Source of the DNA: an uncultured Chthoniobacterales bacterium
GTDB taxonomy: Bacteria > Verrucomicrobiota > Verrucomicrobiia > Chthoniobacterales > UBA10450
Length of the DNA stretch: 64,000 nucleotides
Assembly (NCBI GenBank): GCA_964236815.1
Contig: CAXSFN010000020.1
Span: 487-64,486 of the forward strand
Direction of reading: 5' to 3'
Under the pieces are notes generated by a model, which saw nothing but the letters and a program-made list of their open reading frames with translations, searched no databases and was not told where the DNA came from. Every line of letters starts with the position of its first letter. The stretch's first letter is position 1. Shown piece by piece: positions 9,486-19,423 of this stretch. A program made the translations under genes and the position numbers.

Positions 9486-10700
9486 CTAGCGAGAGTCTGC
9501 GGGGAGAACGGCAGCGAGAAAACGATCGATCGCATAGAGACTGAGTTGTCCACTTGGTCCGCTGATATTCGCGTCGCAGCCGTGTGTCGCCCAGGGCAGG
9601 GAAAGATAGAGATGCGGTCGTCCGGCGGCGGCGAGATGGGCCTCGAGGTGTTCGCTTTGTTCCGGCCAGACAATCGGGTCGAGCTGGCCATGGATGAGGA
9701 GGGCAGGGGGAGTTTCCGCGCCAATGAAATTAACTGCGGAGCCAGCGTGATATTCCGCCGGCTTCTCGTTTGGCGGACCACCCAGATAATCTTCCAAGAT
9801 TTTTTTCGAGTCGAGCACCCAGCGGCGGCTCGGATGTTCGTAGCCGAGAATGAGATCGGCCGGTCCGTAGAAATCGACCACGCCGCGGATGGCTGGCTCC
9901 TTCCCGCTGCAGGCGACAGTGAGCGCGATCTGCGCCCCGGCCGAACGACCGATCAGGACGATACGGCTCGCGTCCAATCCAAACTCGCCGGCGTGAATCC
10001 TGAGAAATTCGATCGCGCGAAAAACGTCGTCGACGGGCGCGGGAAATTGCCATTCCGGCGCATGCCGATAATTAAGCGCCACCACGCCGTAACCCTCATG
10101 CGCGAGGTAGCGATTGAGAGCGGGCAATTGATTCTTGCTCCCGCCTTTCCATGATCCGCCGTGCACCATGATGACGATGGGGCGCGGAGCACTCGCGTTT
10201 GCCGGTTGATAGAGATCAAGCTTGAGCTGCTTCCGGCCCTCGTTGGCATAAACGTGCTCGGTCACTTTCACTTTTGAAATCGGGACGCCACGGAAAAGAT
10301 CGAGCGCGCGAAAGGGAACCGAGCGGCCAGCGTGGTGAGATGCGGCGCCGAACGCATCGGCGCATCGCGCCGGCAGAGAATGCGCGATAAAGCTCGCGCG
10401 AAGAGCCGGCGTCAGACAAAGCAGTCCGGCAAGGAGAGCGAGCAACAAAGTGATGTTTCCCAGCCGGCCTTGCCGCCAGCTCAGCGCGATGATGAGCAGC
10501 GCAGCGAGCGCAGCATAGTGTCCCCATTCCGCGATTAAAATCGCGACGATCCACAGGATCGAGGTCGGCGCACTGCAGAGGACGAGGAGCGCGCAGAGAA
10601 ATAAGAGCAGCGCGAAAGCGAACAAGAGCCAGCGTAGAAAAGAATTTCTCACAGGATCAGGTGGGAAGGCGAAAGGTTTGACCAATTTCGGAAAGCGCAA
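9486..10700 (-). CDS. alpha/beta hydrolase (esterase/lipase, Abhydrolase_3-like) with N-terminal membrane anchor
   Basis: 404 aa. Several N-terminal TM helices, then VHGGSWKGGS (HGG box) and GRSAGAQIAL (GxSxG nucleophile elbow). The ATG 10700 start overlaps the upstream gene by 44 nt; GTG 10652 is the alternative. Confidence 0.75.
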   Translation of the reverse strand: MRFPKLVKPFAFPPDPVRNSFLRWLLFAFALLLFLCALLVLCSAPTSILWIVAILIAEWGHYAALAALLIIALSWRQGRLGNITLLLALLAGLLCLTPALRASFIAHSLPARCADAFGAASHHAGRSVPFRALDLFRGVPISKVKVTEHVYANEGRKQLKLDLYQPANASAPRPIVIMVHGGSWKGGSKNQLPALNRYLAHEGYGVVALNYRHAPEWQFPAPVDDVFRAIEFLRIHAGEFGLDASRIVLIGRSAGAQIALTVACSGKEPAIRGVVDFYGPADLILGYEHPSRRWVLDSKKILEDYLGGPPNEKPAEYHAGSAVNFIGAETPPALLIHGQLDPIVWPEQSEHLEAHLAAAGRPHLYLSLPWATHGCDANISGPSGQLSLYAIDRFLAAVLPADSR

Positions 10701-11574
10701 TTCGCTCGGGCTCGTGTTGCAGCGCGGCTTGGAAGCGTTCGATCGGCTCGCGAAACGGCTCCGCGCTCAGGCGGAAAGTTTGGTGATGCACAGGAAGGAT
10801 GTGCCGGGCGCCGGCAGCATTTGCCATTGCGATCGCTTCTTCCGGATTGGCATGAGAGCGAATCCAGGGATCGTATGCGCCGATCGACATAATCGCGAGA
10901 TGGAAGGCGTGGCGCCCGCGCAAAGCAGCGAAGTTATCCGTCATCGCGCTGTCGCCGCCGAAGATGATGCGATGTCCGTTTCGTTCCAGAACGTAGCCAT
11001 TGTATCCGCGGTAGTCGTCATGCCGGAGTCGCGCGCCCCAATGTCGGACTTGGAAAGCTTGCACCTGCACGGCCCCTTTTGCGCGGCGAATCTCGTGCGT
11101 TTCGTTCCAGCGTAATTCCGTCTTGCTGCGAAAGCGCGTGACGCGCAACAGGTCGCTCGTGCGCGGCGCGGTGATGAGATCGGCCGCGCTCGGCAAGCGG
11201 TGCAGCGTGCGCATGTCGAAATGATCGAAATGCGCGTGCGAAAGAAGAATAAGATCGATCGGCGGCAGCTCATGCACTTGCAGCGCGGGCGCAGTGAGGC
11301 GCTTCGGGCCGACGGTAAATCCCGGGAAACGAATTCCGATTCGTGGAAAAAGCGCGGGATCGGTCAGGATGGTCAACCCAAAAAAATTAATCAGCACGGT
11401 GGAATGTCCGAGCCAGGCCGCGGTCAGATTGTGGTCGCTCCAACTCGACGGCTCCGGCTTGGCAAAAGCTGGCAGAATCGGACGGCGGCTCTCGACCGTC
11501 CATTCGCGCCAGAGATGCGCATACCATCGCCGCATCGGCGAACGGGTGCGGGCGGGCGCGGAAGTTTGATTCAT
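10657..11574 (-). CDS. MBL-fold metallo-hydrolase (NAPE-PLD-like)
   Basis: LLSHAHFDHFD metal-binding motif and later HQTF. Start set at ATG 11574 (MNQTSAPARTR...), because the track start at 11658 would overlap the divergent trpC. Confidence 0.75.
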   Translation of the reverse strand: MNQTSAPARTRSPMRRWYAHLWREWTVESRRPILPAFAKPEPSSWSDHNLTAAWLGHSTVLINFFGLTILTDPALFPRIGIRFPGFTVGPKRLTAPALQVHELPPIDLILLSHAHFDHFDMRTLHRLPSAADLITAPRTSDLLRVTRFRSKTELRWNETHEIRRAKGAVQVQAFQVRHWGARLRHDDYRGYNGYVLERNGHRIIFGGDSAMTDNFAALRGRHAFHLAIMSIGAYDPWIRSHANPEEAIAMANAAGARHILPVHHQTFRLSAEPFREPIERFQAALQHEPERIALSEIGQTFRLPT

Positions 11575-11626
11575 CCTGAATAGATACGCGTAGCTCGCTT
11601 GAGATGGAGAGATATCGTCAGAACGC

Positions 11627-12406
11627 ATGAACCGGCTGGATGAAATTCTGCAGGTCAAACGGGGTGAGATCGAGCAACTGCGTCCGCGACGCGACGAGCT
11701 GCGTCGGCTGGCTTTGCAGCGAAACGATTTTCGCAGCTTCGCCGCGGCGATCGATCGTCGTCCGGAGAAACTGGCTTTGATTGCGGAAGTAAAAAAGGCC
11801 TCGCCTTCCGCCGGAGTAATCGTGGAGTCCTTTGATCCAGTGGCAATCGCGCGAAATTACGCGCGGGCCGGCGTGGAGGCGATTTCGGTTTTGACCGATG
11901 AGCGATTCTTCCAGGGCAAACTGGATTACCTGGCGCAGATCCGGACGGAAGTTCAGGTGCCGCTCTTACGAAAGGATTTCATCCTGGACGAGGTGCAGAT
12001 CGTGGAAGCGAGCGTTGCCGGCGCCGATGCGATCCTCCTCATCGTGGCCGCGCTCGCGCAGGAGCGGTTGGTGCAGTTAATGGAAGAGGCGGCGCGTTAT
12101 CAAATGGATGTGCTGGTCGAAGTGCACACGCTCCAGGAGTTGGATCGCGCGCTGGCAACAGACGCGGCCATTATTGGAATTAACAATCGCAACCTGGCAA
12201 CGTTCGAGGTCGATCTCAGCGTGACCGAGGAATTGAGCGAGCAGGTGCCCGACGAAATTCTGCTGGTAAGCGAAAGCGGCTTGAAAACAGCGGACGATAT
12301 CTCGCGGGTCAAAGCTTGTGGCGTTGATGCCGTCCTGATCGGCGAAGCTCTGATGCGCGCGCACGATAATTCAATCAACGGCCTGATCGCGCGCGAAGAA
12401 GAATAA
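11627..12406 (+). CDS. trpC: indole-3-glycerol phosphate synthase
   Basis: 259 aa. LIAEVKKASPSAG, AISVLTDERFFQG, LLRKDFILD, GINNRNL. Confidence 0.95.
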   Translation: MNRLDEILQVKRGEIEQLRPRRDELRRLALQRNDFRSFAAAIDRRPEKLALIAEVKKASPSAGVIVESFDPVAIARNYARAGVEAISVLTDERFFQGKLDYLAQIRTEVQVPLLRKDFILDEVQIVEASVAGADAILLIVAALAQERLVQLMEEAARYQMDVLVEVHTLQELDRALATDAAIIGINNRNLATFEVDLSVTEELSEQVPDEILLVSESGLKTADDISRVKACGVDAVLIGEALMRAHDNSINGLIAREEE

Positions 12407-12409
12407 AGA

Positions 12410-13318
12410 TTACTTGTCGTTAGGCGCTTTCGCTTCCGGGCCGCTGCGAAAGAGGTCTCGGATCGAGCCGAAGAAACCGCCGCGCTTTTTGCTGGCCGCC
12501 CCCGCGCGCGCCACCAACACCGGGCAATCCGCGCGATCGACGATGCTCTTGGTCACGTCGCCCATGATGTAGTGCTCGAGCGGACCGCGCGTTTGGGAGG
12601 TGCCAGTGACGATCAAGTCGTGCTCCGCTTCCGCCACTTCGTCGAAGACCTGTTCCACCACCTGGCCGCGTCGGATTCGCACGTTGACGATGAGGCCGAG
12701 AGCTTCGAGCCGCTGCTTTTGACCGAGGAGATTGCGTCCGAGTTCGGAGCCGGAATTCAGAAGGTTCTCCACATCTTCATCTCTTGGCATCATGTCCGCG
12801 TAGATCGCGGGCGGCTCCGCCATGATATGCAAAAGGGTCACGGAAGCGTTGACTCCTTTCGCCAGTTTGCCAGTCAGTTCGACGGCATCGTCGATGTAAT
12901 TCTTGCCGCCGGTGCAAACGACAAAGCTCTTTAATGCCTCGCATTTGCCGATCGCAACCAGCACAGGCGAGGGGATGGCCTTGATCACCTCGTAGGTCCG
13001 ATCGGAACGAAAATAGCGGCCGCGAATTCCGCGTCGTCGCGTGCCGATTACAACCAAATCGTACGCAGTTGCCTTGGTTTGCTCGAGAATTCCGCGAATC
13101 GGTTCGCCCTCGCGCAGGACCACTTCGGGTTCGAGACCAGCTCCGCGGAGCGATTCCGCTTCGCCCTCCAGTGCCGCCCGCAACGGCTCTGTGTCTTCCG
13201 GTTTTTCCGCGATGCCGAGGAGCGTGACGGAAGATTTATCGGGCGAGGCCACCAGGGCACCGAGCCGTTTCGGTTTATCGGCCGGATCGGTGCCGTCGCT
13301 ACAAATCAAGACGTTCAT
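12410..13318 (-). CDS. universal stress protein (tandem UspA domains)
   Basis: ATG 13318 (MNVLICSDGTD...) lies just downstream of the TauE stop. Two Usp-like halves, each ending in a VIGTRRR / VTGTSQTRG ... PVLV motif. Confidence 0.8.
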   Translation of the reverse strand: MNVLICSDGTDPADKPKRLGALVASPDKSSVTLLGIAEKPEDTEPLRAALEGEAESLRGAGLEPEVVLREGEPIRGILEQTKATAYDLVVIGTRRRGIRGRYFRSDRTYEVIKAIPSPVLVAIGKCEALKSFVVCTGGKNYIDDAVELTGKLAKGVNASVTLLHIMAEPPAIYADMMPRDEDVENLLNSGSELGRNLLGQKQRLEALGLIVNVRIRRGQVVEQVFDEVAEAEHDLIVTGTSQTRGPLEHYIMGDVTKSIVDRADCPVLVARAGAASKKRGGFFGSIRDLFRSGPEAKAPNDK

Positions 13319-13322
13319 CGCG

Positions 13323-14225
13323 CTAAAGTTTCTGCCCGGTGAGCAGAGTGTAGATGACCACGGCAGCGCCAATCAACGGCAGCGGAACGAAGGCGAGGCG
13401 GATTTTCGGACCGGCGAAATATTGCGTGGCGATGGCCCCGATCTGCGCGCCAATCGCTGCTCCAGTGTGCATGACCAAGGCAATGAGAATATCGACATTG
13501 CCTTTGAGCGCGTGGGTAAACGTGCCGTAACTGGCGGAGAGAATGATCTCGAATAAATCGGTCCCGACCGCGAGATGCGTTGGGATCCCCAGAACGTAAA
13601 CCAGCATCGGCATCCGGATATAACCGCCGCCGCCCCCGAGAAATCCGCTGAGCAATCCCGCGAAAAATGAGACGAAGATAATGACCCAAGCGGAGATCGA
13701 TTTCACCCCGGAGGCCGGCAACGAAATCATCGGCGCGATGTGAATCCGCTGCACCGCACGCGTGAATCCAGGAAAGGCGTGACTGTCGCCGCGGGGCGCA
13801 CTTTTTTTCTTTTTCGAGCGCAACGCCTTGAAGCCCTCAAAAGCCATAAAGCCGGAAATGCTGACGTAAATGACTATCGAGACGATGCTGACGACGGAGT
13901 TCACGTTGCCGGCTTTTTTTAGAAACTGGATCAGCTGCGCGCCTACTTCCGCGCCGCCGATCGTCCCGATGGCCATGATCAAGCCAAGCTTCAGATCGAC
14001 ATTGCCAAGGGCGCGATGGCGTTTCGCGGCCACAACCGATTTGCCGACGATGTGGGCCAGATCAGTCCCGACGACGAAATTCCAATCCAGACCGACTGCG
14101 CGCAAAGCCGGCCCGGCAATGAAACTCCCGCCTACACCAAAGAATCCGCCGAGCACGCCGATGAGGAATCCGACCGCGGCGAGATAGATGGGGCTGATGT
14201 CCGCGCCGGAGATGGGGAAGTGCAT
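13323..14225 (-). CDS. sulfite exporter TauE/SafE family membrane protein
   Basis: 300 aa, polytopic. Repeated GGFFGVGGSFI and GFLGGGGGYI motifs characteristic of TauE/SafE. Confidence 0.85.
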   Translation of the reverse strand: MHFPISGADISPIYLAAVGFLIGVLGGFFGVGGSFIAGPALRAVGLDWNFVVGTDLAHIVGKSVVAAKRHRALGNVDLKLGLIMAIGTIGGAEVGAQLIQFLKKAGNVNSVVSIVSIVIYVSISGFMAFEGFKALRSKKKKSAPRGDSHAFPGFTRAVQRIHIAPMISLPASGVKSISAWVIIFVSFFAGLLSGFLGGGGGYIRMPMLVYVLGIPTHLAVGTDLFEIILSASYGTFTHALKGNVDILIALVMHTGAAIGAQIGAIATQYFAGPKIRLAFVPLPLIGAAVVIYTLLTGQKL

Positions 14226-14228
14226 GGA

Positions 14229-14597
14229 TTATTCGGAGCGCCCGCCTTGAAAGAGACGGAGGAGCAAAGTGGTAATCGACTCGAGCACCACCGCTTGTGT
14301 GATCACGAGAGCGATGGCGACCAGGGCGTAAAGGACGTTGTGGCCTTTTTGCAAATGTCCGAGCCAATCGCCCAGAAAATGCAGGACCGCGAAAAAATAG
14401 CCGACCACCAGCACCGCATAGATCGGCAGCTCGATCAGCATGGCGCGAAGCGTATGCTTCGCGTGCCCTTTCCCTTTCCGGCGTTTTGTCGCCACAGCCA
14501 CATTACGCTTCTGCCTCGCGAAGCGGTTGCGCGCAAGACTTTCCCAGCGCAAATAGGCATTGCGTGCCGGATGATTCTTTCTAACCTTGCACGACAT
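14229..14597 (-). CDS. hypothetical small membrane protein (start uncertain)
   Basis: Basic N-terminus followed by two hydrophobic helices (LIELPIYAVLVVGYFFAVL, VLYALVAIALVITQAVVL). Ends 4 nt before TauE. Possible starts at 14597 or 14441. Weak call. Confidence 0.3.
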   Translation of the reverse strand: MSCKVRKNHPARNAYLRWESLARNRFARQKRNVAVATKRRKGKGHAKHTLRAMLIELPIYAVLVVGYFFAVLHFLGDWLGHLQKGHNVLYALVAIALVITQAVVLESITTLLLRLFQGGRSE

Positions 14598-14613
14598 TTT
14601 TCCGAGGGAAACC

Positions 14614-14862
14614 ATGGCAGACGCAGCGAATAAATATCCCGAAAACATAGGTGGGCAGTTTTACGTCGATGATCAATGCATCGATTGCGATCTCTGCCGC
14701 GAAACCGCGCCGGCCAACTTCAAGCGCAACGACGACGGCGGACATTCCTTCGTTTATAAGCAGGCCGAATCGCCCGAGGAAGAAGCTCTCTGCAAAGAAG
14801 CGCAGGAAGGTTGTCCGGTCGAAGCGATCGGCAGCGACGGCGGCGCAGCGGTCGTCGCCTAA
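14614..14862 (+). CDS. ferredoxin (single 4Fe-4S/3Fe-4S cluster type)
   Basis: ATG 14614. MADAANKYPENIGGQFYVDDQCIDCDLCRETAP...CPVEAI carries the CxxCxxC...CP cluster motif. Confidence 0.8.
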   Translation: MADAANKYPENIGGQFYVDDQCIDCDLCRETAPANFKRNDDGGHSFVYKQAESPEEEALCKEAQEGCPVEAIGSDGGAAVVA

Positions 14863-14880
14863 ATCTGCGCAGGAGCGCCC

Positions 14881-15681
14881 ATGGCGCCGCCAGTCGCACT
14901 CACCATTGCCGGCTCTGACAGCAGCGCGGGCGCAGGTGCGCAGGCCGATTTAAAAACGTTCGGCGCGCTCGGAGTTTACGGCCTGACCGCGATCACCTGC
15001 GTAGTCGCGGAAACACCGGGTCGCGTGCAAAGCATCCAGGCGATCGATGCCAGGATGGTCGCGAATCAAATCGCCCTCTTGCTCGAGAGTTTTCCTGTCG
15101 CGGCGATCAAGACCGGCATGCTCTATTCCGCTGAGATCGTCTCATGTGTCGCGCAGACTTTGCGCGATCGACGCCGCCCGCTTGTAGTCGATCCAGTCAT
15201 GGTCGCTACCAGTGGCGATCTGCTTTTGCAAAAGGACGCAATCGCCTGCTATGAAACCGAGCTTTTTCCCGTGGCGACATTGATCACGCCCAATCTAGAT
15301 GAAGCGGCCGCCTTAATAGGCAAGCCGGTTCGCGACCTATCGGCCATGCGCGAAGCAGGGAAGGAACTCGTTAGGCGCTACGGCGTGGCCTTCCTGCTCA
15401 AAGGCGGGCATCTGCGCGAAAGCGCGGCGATCGACCTGCTGTGCACCAAGGAAGAGGTGCGCGAATTTACCGCGCCCTTCGTGCCGGGGGTGCAGACTCA
15501 TGGCACTGGCTGCACCTATTCCGCCGCCATCACCGCTGGTTTGGCCTCGGGTCGTTCACTTGGAGAAGCGGTCGAGCGCGCCAAACGTTTCGTGACCGCG
15601 GCCATCCAGCGACATTATGAATGGCCCGCCGTCGCAGGCCCCGGTAGCATCCACGCGCTCAATCATTCGCCTAACGAATGA
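14881..15681 (+). CDS. thiD: hydroxymethylpyrimidine/phosphomethylpyrimidine kinase
   Basis: 266 aa. ALTIAGSDSSAGAGAQADLKT, DPVMVATSGD, THGTGCTYSAAI. Confidence 0.9.
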   Translation: MAPPVALTIAGSDSSAGAGAQADLKTFGALGVYGLTAITCVVAETPGRVQSIQAIDARMVANQIALLLESFPVAAIKTGMLYSAEIVSCVAQTLRDRRRPLVVDPVMVATSGDLLLQKDAIACYETELFPVATLITPNLDEAAALIGKPVRDLSAMREAGKELVRRYGVAFLLKGGHLRESAAIDLLCTKEEVREFTAPFVPGVQTHGTGCTYSAAITAGLASGRSLGEAVERAKRFVTAAIQRHYEWPAVAGPGSIHALNHSPNE

Positions 15682-16405
15682 TAATAGAATCGATCCGAAT
15701 CGACTGCGATTGCACGGTCGCATCCAGCTCCCAGCGCCGGCTTTGCATCGCTTCAATCGCGGCCGCCGTCTCCGCCTGTTTTTTGCTGCGACCGGTTCCT
15801 TCCCCCAGAACTATTCCTTCCCAGAGGACGCGCACGACAAAGGTCTTCTCGTGTTCGCGCCCGCTTTCCGCGAGCAATTCATAAACCGGACTGCGCGGTG
15901 AAATGGCCTGGAGCTTTTCCTGGAGATGACCTTTCGGGTTGATGTCGATCGGTTCGATTTCGATCTGCGCCAGGTCGTCCGCGGCTAAAGCCAAAATAAA
16001 TCGACGCGCGGTTTCAAGGTTCGTATCGAGGAAGATCGCGCCCAGCAGCGCCTCAAAGGCATCGGCCAAAGTTGAAGTTCGCTCGCGCCCGCCACAGGCT
16101 TCTTCGCCGCGGCCCATCATGAGAAAATTGCCGAGATCCAGCGTCTGCGCGTGCGCGCGTAATGCTTCGCGCGAGACCAACCGCGAGCGCAGTTTCGTCA
16201 GACGCCCCTCTGCTTCGCGCGGAAAGAGGACGTAGAGATGCTCGGTGATAATGAGCTGGAGGACGGCGTCGCCCAGAAACTCGAGCCGCTGGTTATCGAA
16301 ATGATGCCGGTGGGTCTCGTGCCCGAGGCTCGGATGGGTGAGCGCTTCCGCGAGCAAAAGCGAATTACGGAACTTGTGGCCGATGCGTTCTTCGAGCGGA
16401 TTCAC
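15671..16405 (-). CDS. rnc: ribonuclease III
   Basis: 244 aa. RNase III signature NQRLEFLGDAVL and a C-terminal dsRBD (GRSKKQAETAAA). Its 3' end overlaps thiD by 11 nt (convergent). Confidence 0.95.
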   Translation of the reverse strand: MNPLEERIGHKFRNSLLLAEALTHPSLGHETHRHHFDNQRLEFLGDAVLQLIITEHLYVLFPREAEGRLTKLRSRLVSREALRAHAQTLDLGNFLMMGRGEEACGGRERTSTLADAFEALLGAIFLDTNLETARRFILALAADDLAQIEIEPIDINPKGHLQEKLQAISPRSPVYELLAESGREHEKTFVVRVLWEGIVLGEGTGRSKKQAETAAAIEAMQSRRWELDATVQSQSIRIDSIIIR

Positions 16406-16510
16406 GACTATCGTCTTTTTGTTCCTACACTTTATTTTTGAGTGACCTGTCTTTGCAAATCCGGGAAGGCGCGGGCCATCCCATTCGAAGCGAAAGGGAT
16501 ATTGTCAGCA

Positions 16511-17641
16511 TCAACGTTGCTGATAAATCGAAAGTGATGTGATCACATCGACGGCGCGCTGCAAAACCGGATCGCGTGTCGCGCTTTTCTCGCCGGCGCG
16601 ACCGCGGCGCTGGCTGGCCTCAAACGATTCGATCTCCGGATTTTTTCCGGCCAACAAAGCGGCTTCATTCAAGTGCGGCCGTTCGTTTTCGAAAATAAAT
16701 GGGCTCATCCCTTTCTCCGGCGCCTGTTGAAAGACGGAGCGTTTCTCTGCCGTTGCCATCTCAACCGGCAGATCGGGTTTGAGTCCGCCCGGAAAGAGCG
16801 CGCGCCCTTCTGGCAGAACCGCTTCGGTCACGGCCACGCGCAAAACACGGCCGCTGTTCAAGGGCAAATCCGAATATTCCACCGCCTGGCCTGCGGTCGG
16901 CTGGCCGATGATGAGCGCTTTGTTGTAGAGACGCAGCACGCCGCCGATCGTCTCCGCCGTCCCTGAAGTGTCGCCGTCCGCGAGCACAATCATGAGACCG
17001 CGATAAACCGGCTCGGCATCCGTGGTGAATGAGCGTTCCTGCCGGCTCGCCGTTTTACGCAGGGTAAAAAGCTGTTTTCCTTTCGCGACAAATCTTTTCG
17101 AAAACTCCGCCGCCAGCGCGAAATCATTTGTGCCGGTGCTTGCGCGCAGATCGATCACGACTGCGTCCACCTTCTTCGCGACGAACGACTGCAGATTCGT
17201 ATCCATCGCCTGTAAATTTGCTGTCGTCAGCGCGCCCAGTCGCAAATAACCGATGTGGCCATCGAGGATTTCGGCGAAGAACGGACTGTCCGCTTCGGTC
17301 GATTCCGGCGCGCGTTCCGGCAGGATCATGACTCCGCGACCGAGCCGCATGATTAATCCGGAGAGGAGCGCGCGATTCAGCTCGGTCTCGCTCAGCATCT
17401 CGGGGCTAATGTAATTGCTTTTCAGAAGTTGAAGCGCTTGCTGCAAATCTACCGAGCTCATCGAACCGAGGACGGCCTCAGTCGTGGGCGTCGGTGATGG
17501 CGTGGCCGAAGGTGCGGACGATACGCTCGGCGCAGGACTCGGCGCCGGGATGGAAGCGGGAGATTTTAACGGGCTTTGCGCGCCCAGCTCATCGCAAAAA
17601 CCGCCGAGCAGAATGAGGAAAAAGGCGAGCCGAAAAATCAC
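16511..17641 (-). CDS. S41 family peptidase (C-terminal processing peptidase-like), secreted
   Basis: 376 aa. Signal peptide, Ser/Pro-rich linker, IGYLRLGAL...VVIDLRASTG...LADGDTSGTAE core typical of S41. Confidence 0.7.
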   Translation of the reverse strand: MIFRLAFFLILLGGFCDELGAQSPLKSPASIPAPSPAPSVSSAPSATPSPTPTTEAVLGSMSSVDLQQALQLLKSNYISPEMLSETELNRALLSGLIMRLGRGVMILPERAPESTEADSPFFAEILDGHIGYLRLGALTTANLQAMDTNLQSFVAKKVDAVVIDLRASTGTNDFALAAEFSKRFVAKGKQLFTLRKTASRQERSFTTDAEPVYRGLMIVLADGDTSGTAETIGGVLRLYNKALIIGQPTAGQAVEYSDLPLNSGRVLRVAVTEAVLPEGRALFPGGLKPDLPVEMATAEKRSVFQQAPEKGMSPFIFENERPHLNEAALLAGKNPEIESFEASQRRGRAGEKSATRDPVLQRAVDVITSLSIYQQR

Positions 17642-18924
17642 TGGGCTGCGACGTTACCCTCAACTAACGGAAGGGCAATATCGCGTCGGTAATGCGCGCC
17701 TTCGAATTTGATGAGATCTACCGCCTGGTAGGCACAGGCCCGCGCGGCGGCGGGCGTTTCTCCCAAGGCGGTAACCGCCAGGACTCGTCCACCCGCGGTC
17801 AGTGTCTTTCCATTTTCCCGCCGCGTGCCTGCATGAAAAATCTGCACGTCGCTCAGCCGCGCGCATTCTTCCAGGCCGCCGATTGTTTTGCCCGTTTCAT
17901 ATTCTCCCGGGTAACCGCTCGAGGCCATCACCACCGTGACTGCGGCGCGCTCGTCCCATTCAATCGCGATCTCGTTCAGATTGCCATCGATGGTCGCTTC
18001 GAGCAGATCGAGCAAGTCTGATTTCAATCGCGGAAGGATCGCCTGCGTTTCCGGATCGCCGAAGCGGCAATTGAATTCCAAAACGCGCGGACCATCGCTT
18101 GTCATCATCAAACCGGGGAAGAGCAATCCGCGAAAATCGATCCCGCTTTCCGCCAAGCCATCGACCAACGGCCACATCACTTCGCGATGAAATCTCGTCT
18201 CCGTCTCCGCGTTCCAATTATCCGCTGGACTGACTGCACCCATGCCGCCCGTGTTCGGTCCGCTGTTTCCATCGAAAGCGCGCTTATGATCGCGCGCCGT
18301 CGCCAGCACCGTGTAGAGATTGCGCGCCACCATGACGTGCAGCGAGCACTCCGTTCCGCGGAGAAATTCTTCCACCACAATGCGTCGCCCGGCCTCGCCG
18401 AAGCGCCCGTCTTCCATCATCTCGCGAATCGCGATCCGCGCTTCATCGCAATCCTGCGCCACGATCACTCCTTTGCCCAGCGCGAGCCCGTCCGCTTTGA
18501 TCACGATCGGACAGCAAAGCCGTTTGCAGAAACGGAGCGCGGCCTCGCATTCATAAAATGACCCGGCCAGCGCAGTGGGGATCTGCAGTTTCCGCATCGT
18601 CTCCTTCGCAAAAATTTTCGACGATTCGAGCCGTGCGGCGGATTTATTCGGTCCAAAAATTCGCAGACCGTTCTCCATAAAAAGATCGACGATGCCAGCC
18701 GCGAGCGCGTGGTCCGGGCCTACTACCGTCAAGTCGATCGCGTTCTCTTTCGCGAAGCGCAACAGCCCGGAGAAATCGCTTGCTTCGATCGGCACATTCT
18801 CACCGGTCTCTGCCGTACCGGCATTTCCTGGCGCGCAAAATATCCGTTCGACTCGCGAGGATTGTCGCAACTTCCAGGTCAGGGCGTGTTCGCGGCCGCC
18901 ACTGCCGATGACAAGAATTTTCAC
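17638..18924 (-). CDS. purD: phosphoribosylamine-glycine ligase
   Basis: GTG 18924 gives (M)KILVIGSGGREHALTWKL..., the canonical PurD N-terminus. ATP-grasp motifs follow. The 42 upstream codons of the track ORF are rejected. Confidence 0.95.
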   Translation of the reverse strand: MKILVIGSGGREHALTWKLRQSSRVERIFCAPGNAGTAETGENVPIEASDFSGLLRFAKENAIDLTVVGPDHALAAGIVDLFMENGLRIFGPNKSAARLESSKIFAKETMRKLQIPTALAGSFYECEAALRFCKRLCCPIVIKADGLALGKGVIVAQDCDEARIAIREMMEDGRFGEAGRRIVVEEFLRGTECSLHVMVARNLYTVLATARDHKRAFDGNSGPNTGGMGAVSPADNWNAETETRFHREVMWPLVDGLAESGIDFRGLLFPGLMMTSDGPRVLEFNCRFGDPETQAILPRLKSDLLDLLEATIDGNLNEIAIEWDERAAVTVVMASSGYPGEYETGKTIGGLEECARLSDVQIFHAGTRRENGKTLTAGGRVLAVTALGETPAAARACAYQAVDLIKFEGAHYRRDIALPLVEGNVAAQ

Positions 18925-19030
18925 TGCGAATCGCCGGAGGGAGACGGCGGGAAAGATTGGGCCAGCGACCAGGGAAAGGCAAGCTGTCGCTTGGCGTGCT
19001 CGCGCCTTTGCGCCATCGTCACCGCAGAAC

Positions 19031-19423
19031 ATGGCGAAACGCCACACCACTTACGACGTGCTCAAGCCCGGCTGTCCGTCGCGTCTCCTCCTCGATCGCA
19101 TCGCTGATAAGTGGACGGCTTTGATCATTCAGATCCTGGCGCGAGAGACCATGCGCTACTCCGCTTTGCGGCGGGAGATCGGCGACATCTCGCAAAAAAT
19201 GCTGACGCAAACTTTGCGCAGTTTGGAGCGCGATGGACTCGTTAGGCGAAAAGTTTATCCGCAAGCTTCCCCCAGAGTGGAATACACTCTCAGCTCGTTA
19301 GGCCGCACCCTGATCGAGCCGCTGCAAGGCCTTTGCCAATGGTCGGAGAAGCATCTGGCGGAACTGGAGGCTCATCGTCGCGTGGCGGCCGCGAAGGCGT
19401 TCGCGCGCAACGGCGTCGAATGA
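19031..19423 (+). CDS. HxlR-family winged-helix transcriptional regulator
   Basis: ATG 19031. CPSRLLLDRIADKWTALIIQIL...MRYSALRREIGDISQKMLTQTLRSLERDGLVRRKVY...PRVEYTLS is the HxlR (DUF24) signature. The rest of track ORF 18575.. is antisense to purD and rejected. Confidence 0.85.
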   Translation: MAKRHTTYDVLKPGCPSRLLLDRIADKWTALIIQILARETMRYSALRREIGDISQKMLTQTLRSLERDGLVRRKVYPQASPRVEYTLSSLGRTLIEPLQGLCQWSEKHLAELEAHRRVAAAKAFARNGVE